Positions 14,984 through 23,274 of a stretch of 49,049 nt of DNA are shown one piece after another (position 1 is the stretch's first letter; the number at the start of each line of letters is the position of its first letter). Both the position numbers and the translations under genes were made by a program. The stretch spans positions 1-49,049 of the forward strand of contig DAOUMH010000006.1 in assembly GCA_034411815.1 (NCBI GenBank). The letters run 5' to 3'. The stretch is from Dehalococcoidales bacterium. GTDB taxonomy: Bacteria > Chloroflexota > Dehalococcoidia > Dehalococcoidales > DAOWJC01. The notes under the pieces were generated by a model that had not been told where the DNA came from, did no database searches, and was given only the letters and a program-made list of their open reading frames with translations.

Positions 14984-17206
14984 TCACACCTTGCTTATTT
15001 TGCACTGGACGGCTCGCATTGTAACACCACCCTGGAAATCACAAGTCTCAGGCTCATCAGGAAAGAGCTGCCCCACGCCTGACTCCCACACCCCGAATAG
15101 GTATGGGTCCTCCCCGGACCTTTCCGGGAACCACCAGCCATGCTCTGCATGAACTACCTTCGGGTGAATCCCGTCAGTCAGCTCAGCCCTCTGCTTTATC
15201 TTCCCCTTGGGCGTCTCTATGTAAACCCAATCACCACTACTAATGCCATGTTCCTTTGCCGTATCAGGATGCAGCTGCATAATAGGGTCTGGATGGCGCT
15301 CCCGCAGCCTCGGCTGCTCCCTAAGACACGAGTGGTTGAATGTCCTGACTCGACCTCCAGCAATCAATATCAGGGGATAATCCTCCGGGCTGCCGGTAAC
15401 CCCGGGGATTTGAGGAAGGTCGCTATAGTGAGGTAATAGCTTATATCCAAGCTCCTTTAATATACTTGGCAGTAACTCAACCTTTCCTGACAGGGTTGCG
15501 AAACCGCTCTCCTCATACTGCTTATATTTACGAGGTGGGCGCAGGCTCCTCTGATCCCCAACCCACCTGACCGTCCTGACAGTTTCCTGGAAGCTAAGAC
15601 CTGTCGGTTCTAAATACTTGCTGTAGAAAGCTTCAAGGGTCTCAGGCCAATATGCTTCCTGTCCCAGGCGTATCCCCAAGCCTCGGCACAGGTCATAATC
15701 ATTCCTCCGCTCATACTTTGGCTTGACTGCCTGCTCACCAATCGACCTGTAGTACCCTTCAGGATCCATGTAGGGCTTCTCAAACATGTCAGTGATTGGA
15801 AACACATAGTCAGAAAGCATCGCACTAGGGGTCAGGTAGTGGTCAGCAGTAATGTGCAGCGCCAGCTTGTCGCTCTTCAATGCTTGGTAGACCCTCTTAT
15901 AGTTAGTTCGAGTAACCAAGACATTCATACCGAAATTCAACAGTGCTTTCACCGGGTAAGGCTCCTCGTTAATGATAGCATCCCATAGAGGACGGGGGCT
16001 AACATTGGGGTACAATGCCATTGGTTTACTATAGCCATTCTCACCATATACCTTATGCAAAGCCTTATGAAATAGCTTCAACGCCCTTAAGGACATGATT
16101 GGAAATATATCAGCATCAACCTTATCCCTAGTTCTCAGGGGGTGCTCAAATATCTTGTCAAAGTGCATATTCTGGTCATGGGCATAGTTTAAAGGTGAAA
16201 CCAGCACGTCACCACCCTTAACATCCAGATTGCCAGTAATGGCGCGCATGATACATTTAGCCAAATTTACCGATAGGGTTCGCCCCCTTCCCAACTGAGA
16301 ATGGGTCACCCCCCAACAGGTGGCCATACTCGCAGGAGCGCTGGTAGCGTAAATCCTAGCAACCTCGGCAATCTTCTCCGCCGGCACCCAGGTAATATCC
16401 TCTACCACCCGAGGTGGATAAGCCTTGATGAATTCCCTGACCTCATCAAAGCCCAGACACCACTTATCCACAAACTCCTTATCATAGAGCCCCTCTTCAA
16501 TGATCACATTTAACATCCCGTAGGCCAGAGCACCGTCGGTCCCCGGTTTTAGCTGCAACCATATATCTGCTTGCTCCGCTGTTTTGGTTCTTCTAGGGTC
16601 AATAACTATAATCTTTGCCCCCCCCCTCTTAAGCTCTAAAAAGTGGCTCCACGCTGAGGGAAAGGCAGCGAACGGATTTGCCCCGAAAACCACGGCACAC
16701 TTCGTTACACCGGGTCGCCCCATTTCAGGAACTGTGTCACCACCATAGACGGCAACCTCTGTTACAATCTGAGGTTGGTAACAATTCTTGGTTGAATCAA
16801 AAATGTTTGGTGTGCCAAAGAGGTTAGCCCACCGGACCATCGCATCACACTGCCGCGTACCACCGATACCGACCAACATAGCCGCCGCCTCCGGCCCATA
16901 ATCACTCCTTATATCTGCCAGCTTCCCCGCCACCTCGTCCAGGGCCTGTTCCCAAGATACCCTCTGCCACTTACCCTCTCCCCTTGCTCCAGCCCTCTTT
17001 AATGGATAGTTGAGACGGTTTGGGTGGTCATGGTAATCCAGAGATGCCAGGACATTCTTCTCGCAGCGAAACCCTGGTCCCGGACTGCGGAAGTTCTTGT
17101 CAGATTCTACCTTGACTACCTCCCCATCCTTGACCTGCACCTGGATGCCACACACTGACACGCAAAACATACAAACTGACCTCTTGAGTTCAACATCGTC
17201 TGACAC
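14984..17206 (-). CDS. Second molybdopterin oxidoreductase catalytic subunit (paralog of 10395-12623), no Tat signal
   Basis: GTG at 17206 follows GTGAGGT. The N-terminus is MSDDVELKRSVCMFCVSVCG. Shared blocks with the paralog include YPLKRAGARGEGKWQRVSWEQALD versus YPMKRAGQRGEGKWQRITWDEALD. Confidence 0.88.
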   Translation of the reverse strand: MSDDVELKRSVCMFCVSVCGIQVQVKDGEVVKVESDKNFRSPGPGFRCEKNVLASLDYHDHPNRLNYPLKRAGARGEGKWQRVSWEQALDEVAGKLADIRSDYGPEAAAMLVGIGGTRQCDAMVRWANLFGTPNIFDSTKNCYQPQIVTEVAVYGGDTVPEMGRPGVTKCAVVFGANPFAAFPSAWSHFLELKRGGAKIIVIDPRRTKTAEQADIWLQLKPGTDGALAYGMLNVIIEEGLYDKEFVDKWCLGFDEVREFIKAYPPRVVEDITWVPAEKIAEVARIYATSAPASMATCWGVTHSQLGRGRTLSVNLAKCIMRAITGNLDVKGGDVLVSPLNYAHDQNMHFDKIFEHPLRTRDKVDADIFPIMSLRALKLFHKALHKVYGENGYSKPMALYPNVSPRPLWDAIINEEPYPVKALLNFGMNVLVTRTNYKRVYQALKSDKLALHITADHYLTPSAMLSDYVFPITDMFEKPYMDPEGYYRSIGEQAVKPKYERRNDYDLCRGLGIRLGQEAYWPETLEAFYSKYLEPTGLSFQETVRTVRWVGDQRSLRPPRKYKQYEESGFATLSGKVELLPSILKELGYKLLPHYSDLPQIPGVTGSPEDYPLILIAGGRVRTFNHSCLREQPRLRERHPDPIMQLHPDTAKEHGISSGDWVYIETPKGKIKQRAELTDGIHPKVVHAEHGWWFPERSGEDPYLFGVWESGVGQLFPDEPETCDFQGGVTMRAVQCKISKV

Positions 17207-17241
17207 GTCTTACCTCACTTCACACCATTAGTTAAACGGAG

Positions 17242-17271
17242 ATTATAATATTATATCCCACTGAAAGTCAA
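17242..17271 (-). promoter_or_regulatory. Candidate promoter of the molybdoenzyme operon (TTGACT-18 nt-TATAAT on the minus strand)
   Basis: The reverse complement of 17266-17271 is TTGACT and the reverse complement of 17242-17247 is TATAAT. The element lies about 35 nt upstream of the GTG at 17206. Confidence 0.4.
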
Positions 17272-17383
17272 CCACACGCTCCGGTATGCTTAAACCCAAG
17301 CAAAACAGACCAGTATAATACCGCACCTAATGCTTAGCCTATATTAAAAGTAGGCGAGTATACCCTCACAGCACGGATACTAT

Positions 17384-17412
17384 CTGGGAGGTGATTAGAT
17401 GCTACCTCCCAG
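17384..17412 (+). other. 9-bp-stem hairpin CTGGGAGGT-(11 nt)-ACCTCCCAG at the left side of the AT-rich islet
   Basis: Read directly from the sequence. Its function is unknown. Confidence 0.5.
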
Positions 17413-17518
17413 TGTATTTGATATAATTGATGTATTCCCACGACTCCCATTATATCAGCTATATGATACAATAAATCAAGAAGACATCTATAGGCATGGA
17501 GTGGAGGATAAAATAGAT

Positions 17519-18268
17519 ATGAGTATCATTATGGGGCTTATTGGTAACGATGGAATAGTATTGGCTACTGATAGTCGTACCACATGGCAAAAAGCAGATG
17601 GATTCACCTATCATAATGATAACTCTCATAAGCTATATCAATTGACTAGTAATATAGGACTAATGACTTGTGGCTATAATAGTGGTTTTCAGCATTTTTT
17701 AGTTGACTATTTTTGCGGAGTATATATGCGAGACATGAAATCTAACATTGCGAAGTTTAAGAGTGATAAAACGTTGGCTGATGATTTTGAACTGAGTTAC
17801 TTGGAGGTAGTCAATAGTTTTGCTAAAGCAATGCGGGAGGAAATTAAGCCATTTGTAGAAAGCTATAACATCTTGAAGAGGGCTGGCGGTATGGACTTTG
17901 TGTTAGCAGGATATGATAAAAATGCTGCTAAAATGTTCTCTGTAGATGTCATGGACTTAGCTACTCCATTCGCACCAAGAGAGTGCGAGAGGTATTATAT
18001 CAGTGGCGTAAATGAAGTCGGTGTGTATTGGACACGTAAATTAAACATGAATGACTTAGACCTACCGATTGAGTTTCTAAAAAGGTTTGCTGTAATGGTC
18101 ATATTAGAAACTATTAAAACAGATGATATGGTTGGCGAACCTATACAGTTGGCAGTTGTGGATAAGAAAGGCTACCATGATATTACTAGTGAGGTTGATA
18201 GCATCAAGCCTAATTTAGATTCAGAACACAAATGGCTGTTTGATTACATGAAACAATGGGAGAAATGA
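17519..18268 (+). CDS. Proteasome beta-subunit/HslV-like Ntn-hydrolase fold protein, predicted Ser1 nucleophile
   Basis: ATG at 17519 follows GGAGG; the ORF-track start at 17399 is less likely. MSIIMGLIGNDGIVLATDSRTT aligns with HslV [21 protein letters not shown], placing Ser2 on Thr1 and Asp18 on Asp17. SHKLYQL..GLMTCGYNSG resembles the Lys33 and aG.aaD blocks. The gene is AT-rich. Confidence 0.55.
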   Translation: MSIIMGLIGNDGIVLATDSRTTWQKADGFTYHNDNSHKLYQLTSNIGLMTCGYNSGFQHFLVDYFCGVYMRDMKSNIAKFKSDKTLADDFELSYLEVVNSFAKAMREEIKPFVESYNILKRAGGMDFVLAGYDKNAAKMFSVDVMDLATPFAPRECERYYISGVNEVGVYWTRKLNMNDLDLPIEFLKRFAVMVILETIKTDDMVGEPIQLAVVDKKGYHDITSEVDSIKPNLDSEHKWLFDYMKQWEK

Positions 18269-18269
18269 A

Positions 18270-18458
18270 ATGTCTAAATCAAAGCCACAAAAACCATTAA
18301 CCAAGAAGCGTTTTGAGGGATTACTCAGGAGAGCGGCACGGCCTGTTTCTGAGTGGAAACACCAACAAGAAGAGACAGAAACATCGGAGTCTCATCCTTC
18401 CGATGGTTGTAACGATACACATAAGAATCAAGATAAGACTGAAGGTAAAGAGGACTAA
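18270..18458 (+). pseudogene. Short ORF translationally coupled to the Ntn hydrolase; only about the first 17-20 codons look native, the rest is antisense of the IS transposase
   Basis: The junction reads TGAaATG and the RBS is GGGAG. The ORF starts MSKSKPQKPLTKKRFEGLL, then runs into the 3' end of the transposase gene (transposase stop at 18325-18327). Confidence 0.3.
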
Positions 18459-19270
18459 CCGAGTGATTAACACCATCAATACCACGCTTGATATTGCTCC
18501 AGAGAGACTCAACAGTGTTGACATGAGCAATACCAGAGACATATTGCTTGGCGGAATGCTGTACAAATTGGTGGGCGTATCCAAGCCTTTCAATTTGGCT
18601 GTAGCTACGAAGCTCATCGGTAAAGACGATGGTCTTATCTTCTCTGGCAACCCTTTCCGCAATCATCGGAAGCAAGGTTCTGGCTTTGACATTGGGAATT
18701 ACCTTTGCGATGGCATTTCCGTTGCGTTCTACCATTCCCATGACAACCGTTTTGCCCTCTGCACCACGACCACGCTTCCCTGTTCTTTTCCCGCCAATGT
18801 AAGTTTCGTCAACTTCAACCTGTCCGATAAGCGGGTTGACATCTTCAGCCATGAGCTTGCGGATTTGCCCGAACATACGCCAAGCCGTCTTGTAGGTGAC
18901 ACCCAATTCCCTTTGAAGTTGCTTGGCGGAAATGCCTGTTTTGGTGGAAGCCATCAGGAATATAGCGTGAAACCAGGAGCGAAGCGGAGTATCGGACTTG
19001 TGAAAGATAGTGCCAGCAGTAGGCGACACGTGAGAACCGCAGAACTTGCAGGAATAGACCTTGCGATTAGCGATTCTGTAGTGGGTAGTAACCTTCTGGC
19101 ACTTCTGGCAGTAAACGCCCTTTGGATAGCGAGCCTTGAAAAGAAACTCAAGGCAGGTATCGTCATTCGGAAACTGTTTTTCAAAATCCTTGATACTGTA
19201 GGTCTTCATGGCAACTCTCCTAATCTCATTTTATACCTACAGTATAGCATAAAACCTCCGTGTTGTCAAG
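18290..19270 (-). mobile_element. IS1595-family insertion sequence (boundaries approximate)
   Basis: Contains the transposase CDS 18325-19209. I could not identify the terminal inverted repeats or the target duplication by eye. Confidence 0.5.
18325..19209 (-). CDS. IS1595-family (ISXO2-like DDE) transposase with N-terminal zinc ribbon
   Basis: The N-terminal zinc ribbon is CQKCQ..CKFCG. An HTH-like segment follows (ISAKQLQRELGVTYKTAWRM), then VEVDETYIGG and TDELRSY, typical of ISXO2-like/IS1595 transposases. Confidence 0.88.
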   Translation of the reverse strand: MKTYSIKDFEKQFPNDDTCLEFLFKARYPKGVYCQKCQKVTTHYRIANRKVYSCKFCGSHVSPTAGTIFHKSDTPLRSWFHAIFLMASTKTGISAKQLQRELGVTYKTAWRMFGQIRKLMAEDVNPLIGQVEVDETYIGGKRTGKRGRGAEGKTVVMGMVERNGNAIAKVIPNVKARTLLPMIAERVAREDKTIVFTDELRSYSQIERLGYAHQFVQHSAKQYVSGIAHVNTVESLWSNIKRGIDGVNHSVSPLYLQSYLDSYVYRYNHRKDETPMFLSLLVGVSTQKQAVPLS

Positions 19271-19283
19271 GGATAATTGCCTA

Positions 19284-19314
19284 AAAGTATGATATAATAT
19301 ACTAATCATACTTT
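19284..19314. promoter_or_regulatory. 10-bp inverted repeat AAAGTATGAT-(11 nt)-ATCATACTTT upstream of abrB; candidate operator overlapping an AT-rich -10-like loop
   Basis: Read directly from the sequence. It ends 16 nt before the abrB ATG. Confidence 0.35.
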
Positions 19315-19330
19315 AGGGAGGGGAAGTGAA

Positions 19331-19612
19331 ATGCAAGCCAATGCCTTCAAGCACAACACCCCTAAATTCTACGGGTCAACGACTGTAGGCGAGCGAGGTC
19401 AGGTGGTTATACCTGCTGAAGCGCGGAGAGATTTTGAGATAACACCGGCTACCAAGCTACTCGTCTTCGGCAACCAGGGCCACGGTGGGCTTATGCTCAC
19501 CAGGGCTGAAACCGTCTCGGAACTTATCAATACGGCTAACGGAATGATTGAAAAACTTGAGACACTGAGAAGGTCGCTAGCAGAAGAAGGTGAAATGAAT
19601 GGAAGTGATTAA
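19331..19612 (+). CDS. AbrB/MazE/SpoVT-family DNA-binding protein
   Basis: Carries the SpoVT-AbrB motif TVGERGQVVIPAEARRDFEI. It overlaps the following ABC ATPase gene by 14 nt. Confidence 0.8.
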   Translation: MQANAFKHNTPKFYGSTTVGERGQVVIPAEARRDFEITPATKLLVFGNQGHGGLMLTRAETVSELINTANGMIEKLETLRRSLAEEGEMNGSD

Positions 19613-20570
19613 AGTCAAAAACCTGGTGAAAAAGTTCGGCAAGTTAGAGGCAGTGAAGGGTGTTTCCTTTGGGGTTCAGGAGGGTGAGATATTCGGTTTC
19701 CTGGGCCCCAATGGCGCGGGTAAAACAACCACCATTAACATGCTCTGCACACTGCTCGCCCCCACCGAAGGGGAGGCGATAGTCAACGGTTTCAATATAA
19801 TTAAAGAGCGCGACCGGGTAAGGGGCTCAATCGGCCTGGTCTTTCAGGAACCGACTCTTGACGACTATCTGACAGCGGAACAAAACCTGCGTTTTCATGC
19901 CTATGCTTACAGCATCCCCAAGGAAACCATGGAGCCGCGAATGAAGGAGCTACTCGAAATGGTAGAACTATGGGACAGAAGGAAGGAGAAGATTGACACC
20001 TATTCGGGGGGTATGAAACGCCGCTTGGAGATTGCCCGCGGTCTGCTGCACCACCCGAAGGTGTTATTCCTGGATGAACCTACATTAGGGCTCGACCCGC
20101 AGACCAGAAACCGGATATGGAACCACATACGGGAATTACGGGAAAGGGAAAATCTAGCCATATTTATGACCACACATTATATGGAAGAGGCTGAGAACTG
20201 CGACCGCATTGCTGTTATTGACTACGGTGAGATTGTGGCCCTGGACACACCGGATAAGCTCAAGGATGCTGTTGGCGGCGACGTGGTAACAATAAAGACA
20301 GAGGATAACGAAAAAGCGGCACGCCTGCTGAAGAACCAGTATAATCTCCAGCCGAGCCAGGAGAACGGAACGATAAGATTTACCGTGCCCCATGGCGAGG
20401 AATTCCTACCTGGCTTTGTCTCCGGCTTCCCGGTACGGCTTATTTCTATAGGTCTCCACCGGCCGACGCTGGAAGATGTCTTCCTGAAACTTACCGGTCA
20501 CGCCATCAGGGAGCAAGAAGCAGACCAGATGCAGAATATCAAAAGAAGAATGAGAATGAGAGGTCATTAA
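19599..20570 (+). CDS. ABC transporter ATP-binding protein (ABC-2/DrrA-like exporter)
   Basis: Walker A is GPNGAGKTT, the signature motif is YSGGMKRRL, and Walker B is LFLDEPTLGLD. Confidence 0.92.
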   Translation: MEVIKVKNLVKKFGKLEAVKGVSFGVQEGEIFGFLGPNGAGKTTTINMLCTLLAPTEGEAIVNGFNIIKERDRVRGSIGLVFQEPTLDDYLTAEQNLRFHAYAYSIPKETMEPRMKELLEMVELWDRRKEKIDTYSGGMKRRLEIARGLLHHPKVLFLDEPTLGLDPQTRNRIWNHIRELRERENLAIFMTTHYMEEAENCDRIAVIDYGEIVALDTPDKLKDAVGGDVVTIKTEDNEKAARLLKNQYNLQPSQENGTIRFTVPHGEEFLPGFVSGFPVRLISIGLHRPTLEDVFLKLTGHAIREQEADQMQNIKRRMRMRGH

Positions 20571-20576
20571 GCAGAA

Positions 20577-21359
20577 ATGAGAAGGTTTTTTCATTCAATA
20601 CAGGTAATAGCCCATCGAGAGTTCCTACGTTTTATACAGGACCGTGCGCGTATGCTATCCTCTTTTACCATGCCGGTTATATTCCTGACAATATTCGGTG
20701 CCGGGTTCGGCAAGCTTATCGGCCAGATGATGCCGGGGGTAGACTACCTCCAGTTCATGTATCCGGGTATTGTAGCCATGACGGTACTTATGACCTCCGT
20801 GATGTCCGGCGTATCCATTGTATGGGACAGGGAGTTCGGTTTCCTCAAGGAGGTATTGGTTTCACCCTTAAGCCGCAGTGGAATACTTCTGGGCAAAGCT
20901 ACAGGTGCCGCTGGCATTGCCATCATGCAAGGGGCCATCATGCTGGTGATTGCCCCTATTGTGGGCGTCTCTCTTAACTGGGGAACGGTGCTCGGATTGA
21001 TACCACTGATAATAATCCTCTCTACCACTCTATCGGCGCTGGGTCTTCTAATCGGCGCCCGTATGCGCTCCCAACAGGGGTTCCAGCTTATTATGCAGCT
21101 GGTGATATTCCCCATGATGTTCCTCTCCGGTATCTTTTTCCCGTTGACTGGCGTAGCTACCTGGCTTGAGGTGCTCTCCAAAATCAACCCGGTTACCTAT
21201 GGTATTGACGCTATCCGCCAGGTCTTCTTAGGCAGCGAGGTTGCCGGGGTAACAATATTTGGCCATACAATGAGCATTGTGGAGTCGGCGCTACTGGTTC
21301 TTGGCGTGGGCATAATATTACTTGCCGGAGCCATCTGGTCGTTCAACAAGCAGGAGTAG
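20577..21359 (+). CDS. ABC-2 type transporter permease
   Basis: A 260-aa protein with about 6 TM segments, located immediately after the ATPase gene. Confidence 0.85.
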   Translation: MRRFFHSIQVIAHREFLRFIQDRARMLSSFTMPVIFLTIFGAGFGKLIGQMMPGVDYLQFMYPGIVAMTVLMTSVMSGVSIVWDREFGFLKEVLVSPLSRSGILLGKATGAAGIAIMQGAIMLVIAPIVGVSLNWGTVLGLIPLIIILSTTLSALGLLIGARMRSQQGFQLIMQLVIFPMMFLSGIFFPLTGVATWLEVLSKINPVTYGIDAIRQVFLGSEVAGVTIFGHTMSIVESALLVLGVGIILLAGAIWSFNKQE

Positions 21360-21427
21360 CAGAACCCCCTACGAAGACCAGAGGGTCTGCCCAGATAGCA
21401 CAAGACTCGAAGGCTTTTACTAGTTGT

Positions 21428-21456
21428 TTGCAAACCGCGCCTTGTCTGTGTATAAT
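21428..21456 (+). promoter_or_regulatory. Candidate promoter TTGCAA-17 nt-TATAAT with an extended -10 (TGtg)
   Basis: TTGCAA at 21428-21433 and TATAAT at 21451-21456. This gives a leader of about 105 nt before the Zn-ribbon gene. Confidence 0.5.
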
Positions 21457-21570
21457 GAAAAGTAGTTTAAGTTTAGGGCATTACATACTTTAATAGATAT
21501 TACCCCAAGTTTAACCAAGTATCGGATGACCCAGACTCTAACTAGAATTTAAAAGAGAGGAGGTCATCCA

Positions 21571-21870
21571 ATGAGTTTTCAGGACAAGTCTCTCCAGTGT
21601 TCCGATTGTGGGGCTACCTTCACCTTCAGTGCTGAGGAACAAGAGTTCTTCCAATCCAAAGGCTATGTTAATGAGCCAAAGCGCTGTCCCTCATGCCGCC
21701 AAACGAGGAAGTCAGAGCGCTACGGAAGCAGCAACTACGGGTCCAGACGCCAGATGTTTCCCGCTATATGCGCCGAGTGCGGCAAGGAAACCGAAGTTCC
21801 CTTTGAGCCTCGCGGCGACAAGCCGGTCTACTGTAGCGATTGCTACCGTAAAGTCAGACTGAGCAGGTAA
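21571..21870 (+). CDS. CxxC-x17-CxxC zinc-ribbon protein (two repeats)
   Basis: Contains two copies of C..C(x17)C..C: CSDCG..CPSCR and CAECG..CSDCY. Confidence 0.75.
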   Translation: MSFQDKSLQCSDCGATFTFSAEEQEFFQSKGYVNEPKRCPSCRQTRKSERYGSSNYGSRRQMFPAICAECGKETEVPFEPRGDKPVYCSDCYRKVRLSR

Positions 21871-21888
21871 TACTGGGGTTTGACACGG

Positions 21889-21928
21889 AGACATACATGG
21901 GCTGAGTAAAATTGGCCCGTGTATGTCC
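21889..21928 (+). other. Long imperfect hairpin (about 13 bp plus one G-U pair) right after the Zn-ribbon gene stop, with no U-tract
   Basis: GACATACATGGGC (21890-21902) pairs with GCCCGTGTATGTC (21915-21927). It could be an RNA processing or stability element, or part of the RRM gene leader. Confidence 0.4.
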
Positions 21929-22051
21929 CTCGAAGGCACAGCTACAGACAAAGCGAAAAGCAACCAGCGAGCTAACGCTTCAGTCCGAACTCAGCACAGG
22001 TAGTCAAGGCAGTCAGCTGGGTTACGGAACCAAGCAAGAGGAGTACTAAAT

Positions 22052-22342
22052 ATGAAAATCTATGTAGGTAACCTACCCTACGACGTAACCGAGGAAGAAT
22101 TACGGCAGGAATTTGAGGCTTTTGGTGAAGTGACGTCTGTTGACATCATAACAGACAAGTACAGTGGGCGACCTAGAGGATTCGGATTTGTTGAGATGGC
22201 ATCCGAGTCTGAAGGTCAGGCCGCAATTACTAGTCTCAACGGGAAAACCTTAAAGGACCGGACGCTGAACATTAACACGGCTCGACCCCGCTCAGATAAC
22301 AGGGGCAGTGGATTCGGCGTAGGCAGACAGAGAAGATACTAG
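22052..22342 (+). CDS. RRM-type RNA-binding protein
   Basis: RNP2 is IYVGNL and RNP1 is RGFGFVEM. There is a Gly/Arg-rich tail. Confidence 0.9.
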   Translation: MKIYVGNLPYDVTEEELRQEFEAFGEVTSVDIITDKYSGRPRGFGFVEMASESEGQAAITSLNGKTLKDRTLNINTARPRSDNRGSGFGVGRQRRY

Positions 22343-22412
22343 ACTGCCGGTCATAACCTATATCCTCGAGAAGTATAACAACCAGTCAAAGGGCCAGCCT
22401 CATCAGAACGGC

Positions 22413-23003
22413 TCACTGGGGTAGCTTCACTTCTCCAAGCATCATATCCTCCAGAGCCAGACGCGGTCTGGGTGGAGGATCCTCATCAGGATAGCCCACC
22501 AGCAATAACGTACAAACAACAATGTGTCTGGGCCAACCCAGCATCTTGGCAATCTGCCCACATCTGATTCTCTGCACCCAGCAGGTACCCAGACCCAGGG
22601 CAGTACCAGCCAGCACCATATGCTCAACAGCAATGGCCGTATTAAATTGGGCTTCAGGGATAAGCTGTTTAATGTCATCCCGGTCCTCGCTACCCATACC
22701 GAAAGACCCGGCACCGGCGGGAGCAAGCTGATGCCCTTCGGCAAAAGCGAGAGTTTCGGAGCCACAGACAATGACTACCGGCGCCTCGAGGACATGCTCA
22801 GCACCAAAGACCGTATCCTTAAAAACCTTTTCCTTCAGTGCCGGGTCTTTAACTACCTGGAATCGCCAGGGCTGCCGGTTGCGAGCCGATGGTGCCAGAC
22901 GAGCTGCCTCCAGCATCTGGTCAATCACCTCGTCGGGTACCGGCTCAGGCTTGAATTTCCTGATGCTTCTCCGGCTCTGGATAGCCTCCATCACTGTAAG
23001 CAT
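22413..23003 (-). CDS. Nitroreductase family protein
   Basis: The motif RRSIRKFKPEPVPDEVIDQMLEAARLAPSARNRQPWRF is typical of the family. Confidence 0.88.
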   Translation of the reverse strand: MLTVMEAIQSRRSIRKFKPEPVPDEVIDQMLEAARLAPSARNRQPWRFQVVKDPALKEKVFKDTVFGAEHVLEAPVVIVCGSETLAFAEGHQLAPAGAGSFGMGSEDRDDIKQLIPEAQFNTAIAVEHMVLAGTALGLGTCWVQRIRCGQIAKMLGWPRHIVVCTLLLVGYPDEDPPPRPRLALEDMMLGEVKLPQ

Positions 23004-23274
23004 ATGATGACACCTCCTAAAATACCATGAACGAGAATCCTTAACCCCCTAGCCAGCCATGATCTTCTACTTGGTAGTTCTCGCAGTCGTGCCTGCCATA
23101 TTAGCACAACAGCAGGCATACCACAAAGTATGATTCAGGGTAAGACTCCGGCAAAACCCGACACAAGCCGGGGTTATTGACAAATAATGCCAACCTCTCA
23201 AATCCCACCAGGGATAACAGGTATGACAGATAGCAAAAAGTCCGGAAACCTCTATCTACCTATAAGGGTGAGGG

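Noticed and set aside
18290-19270. Terminal inverted repeats and the target-site duplication of the IS.
   Set aside because: I compared about 60 nt on each side by eye and found only weak matches (about 8 of 15), so the ends are not claimed. The strong inverted repeat at 19284-19314 is internal to one side, not a pair of IS termini.
18313-19284. A 323-aa plus-strand ORF.
   Set aside because: It is a shadow ORF antisense to the clearly recognisable IS1595-family transposase, with no motifs of its own. The same reasoning applies to other long antisense ORFs, for example 22524-23030, 20744-21187, 7451-7888 and 13436-13894.
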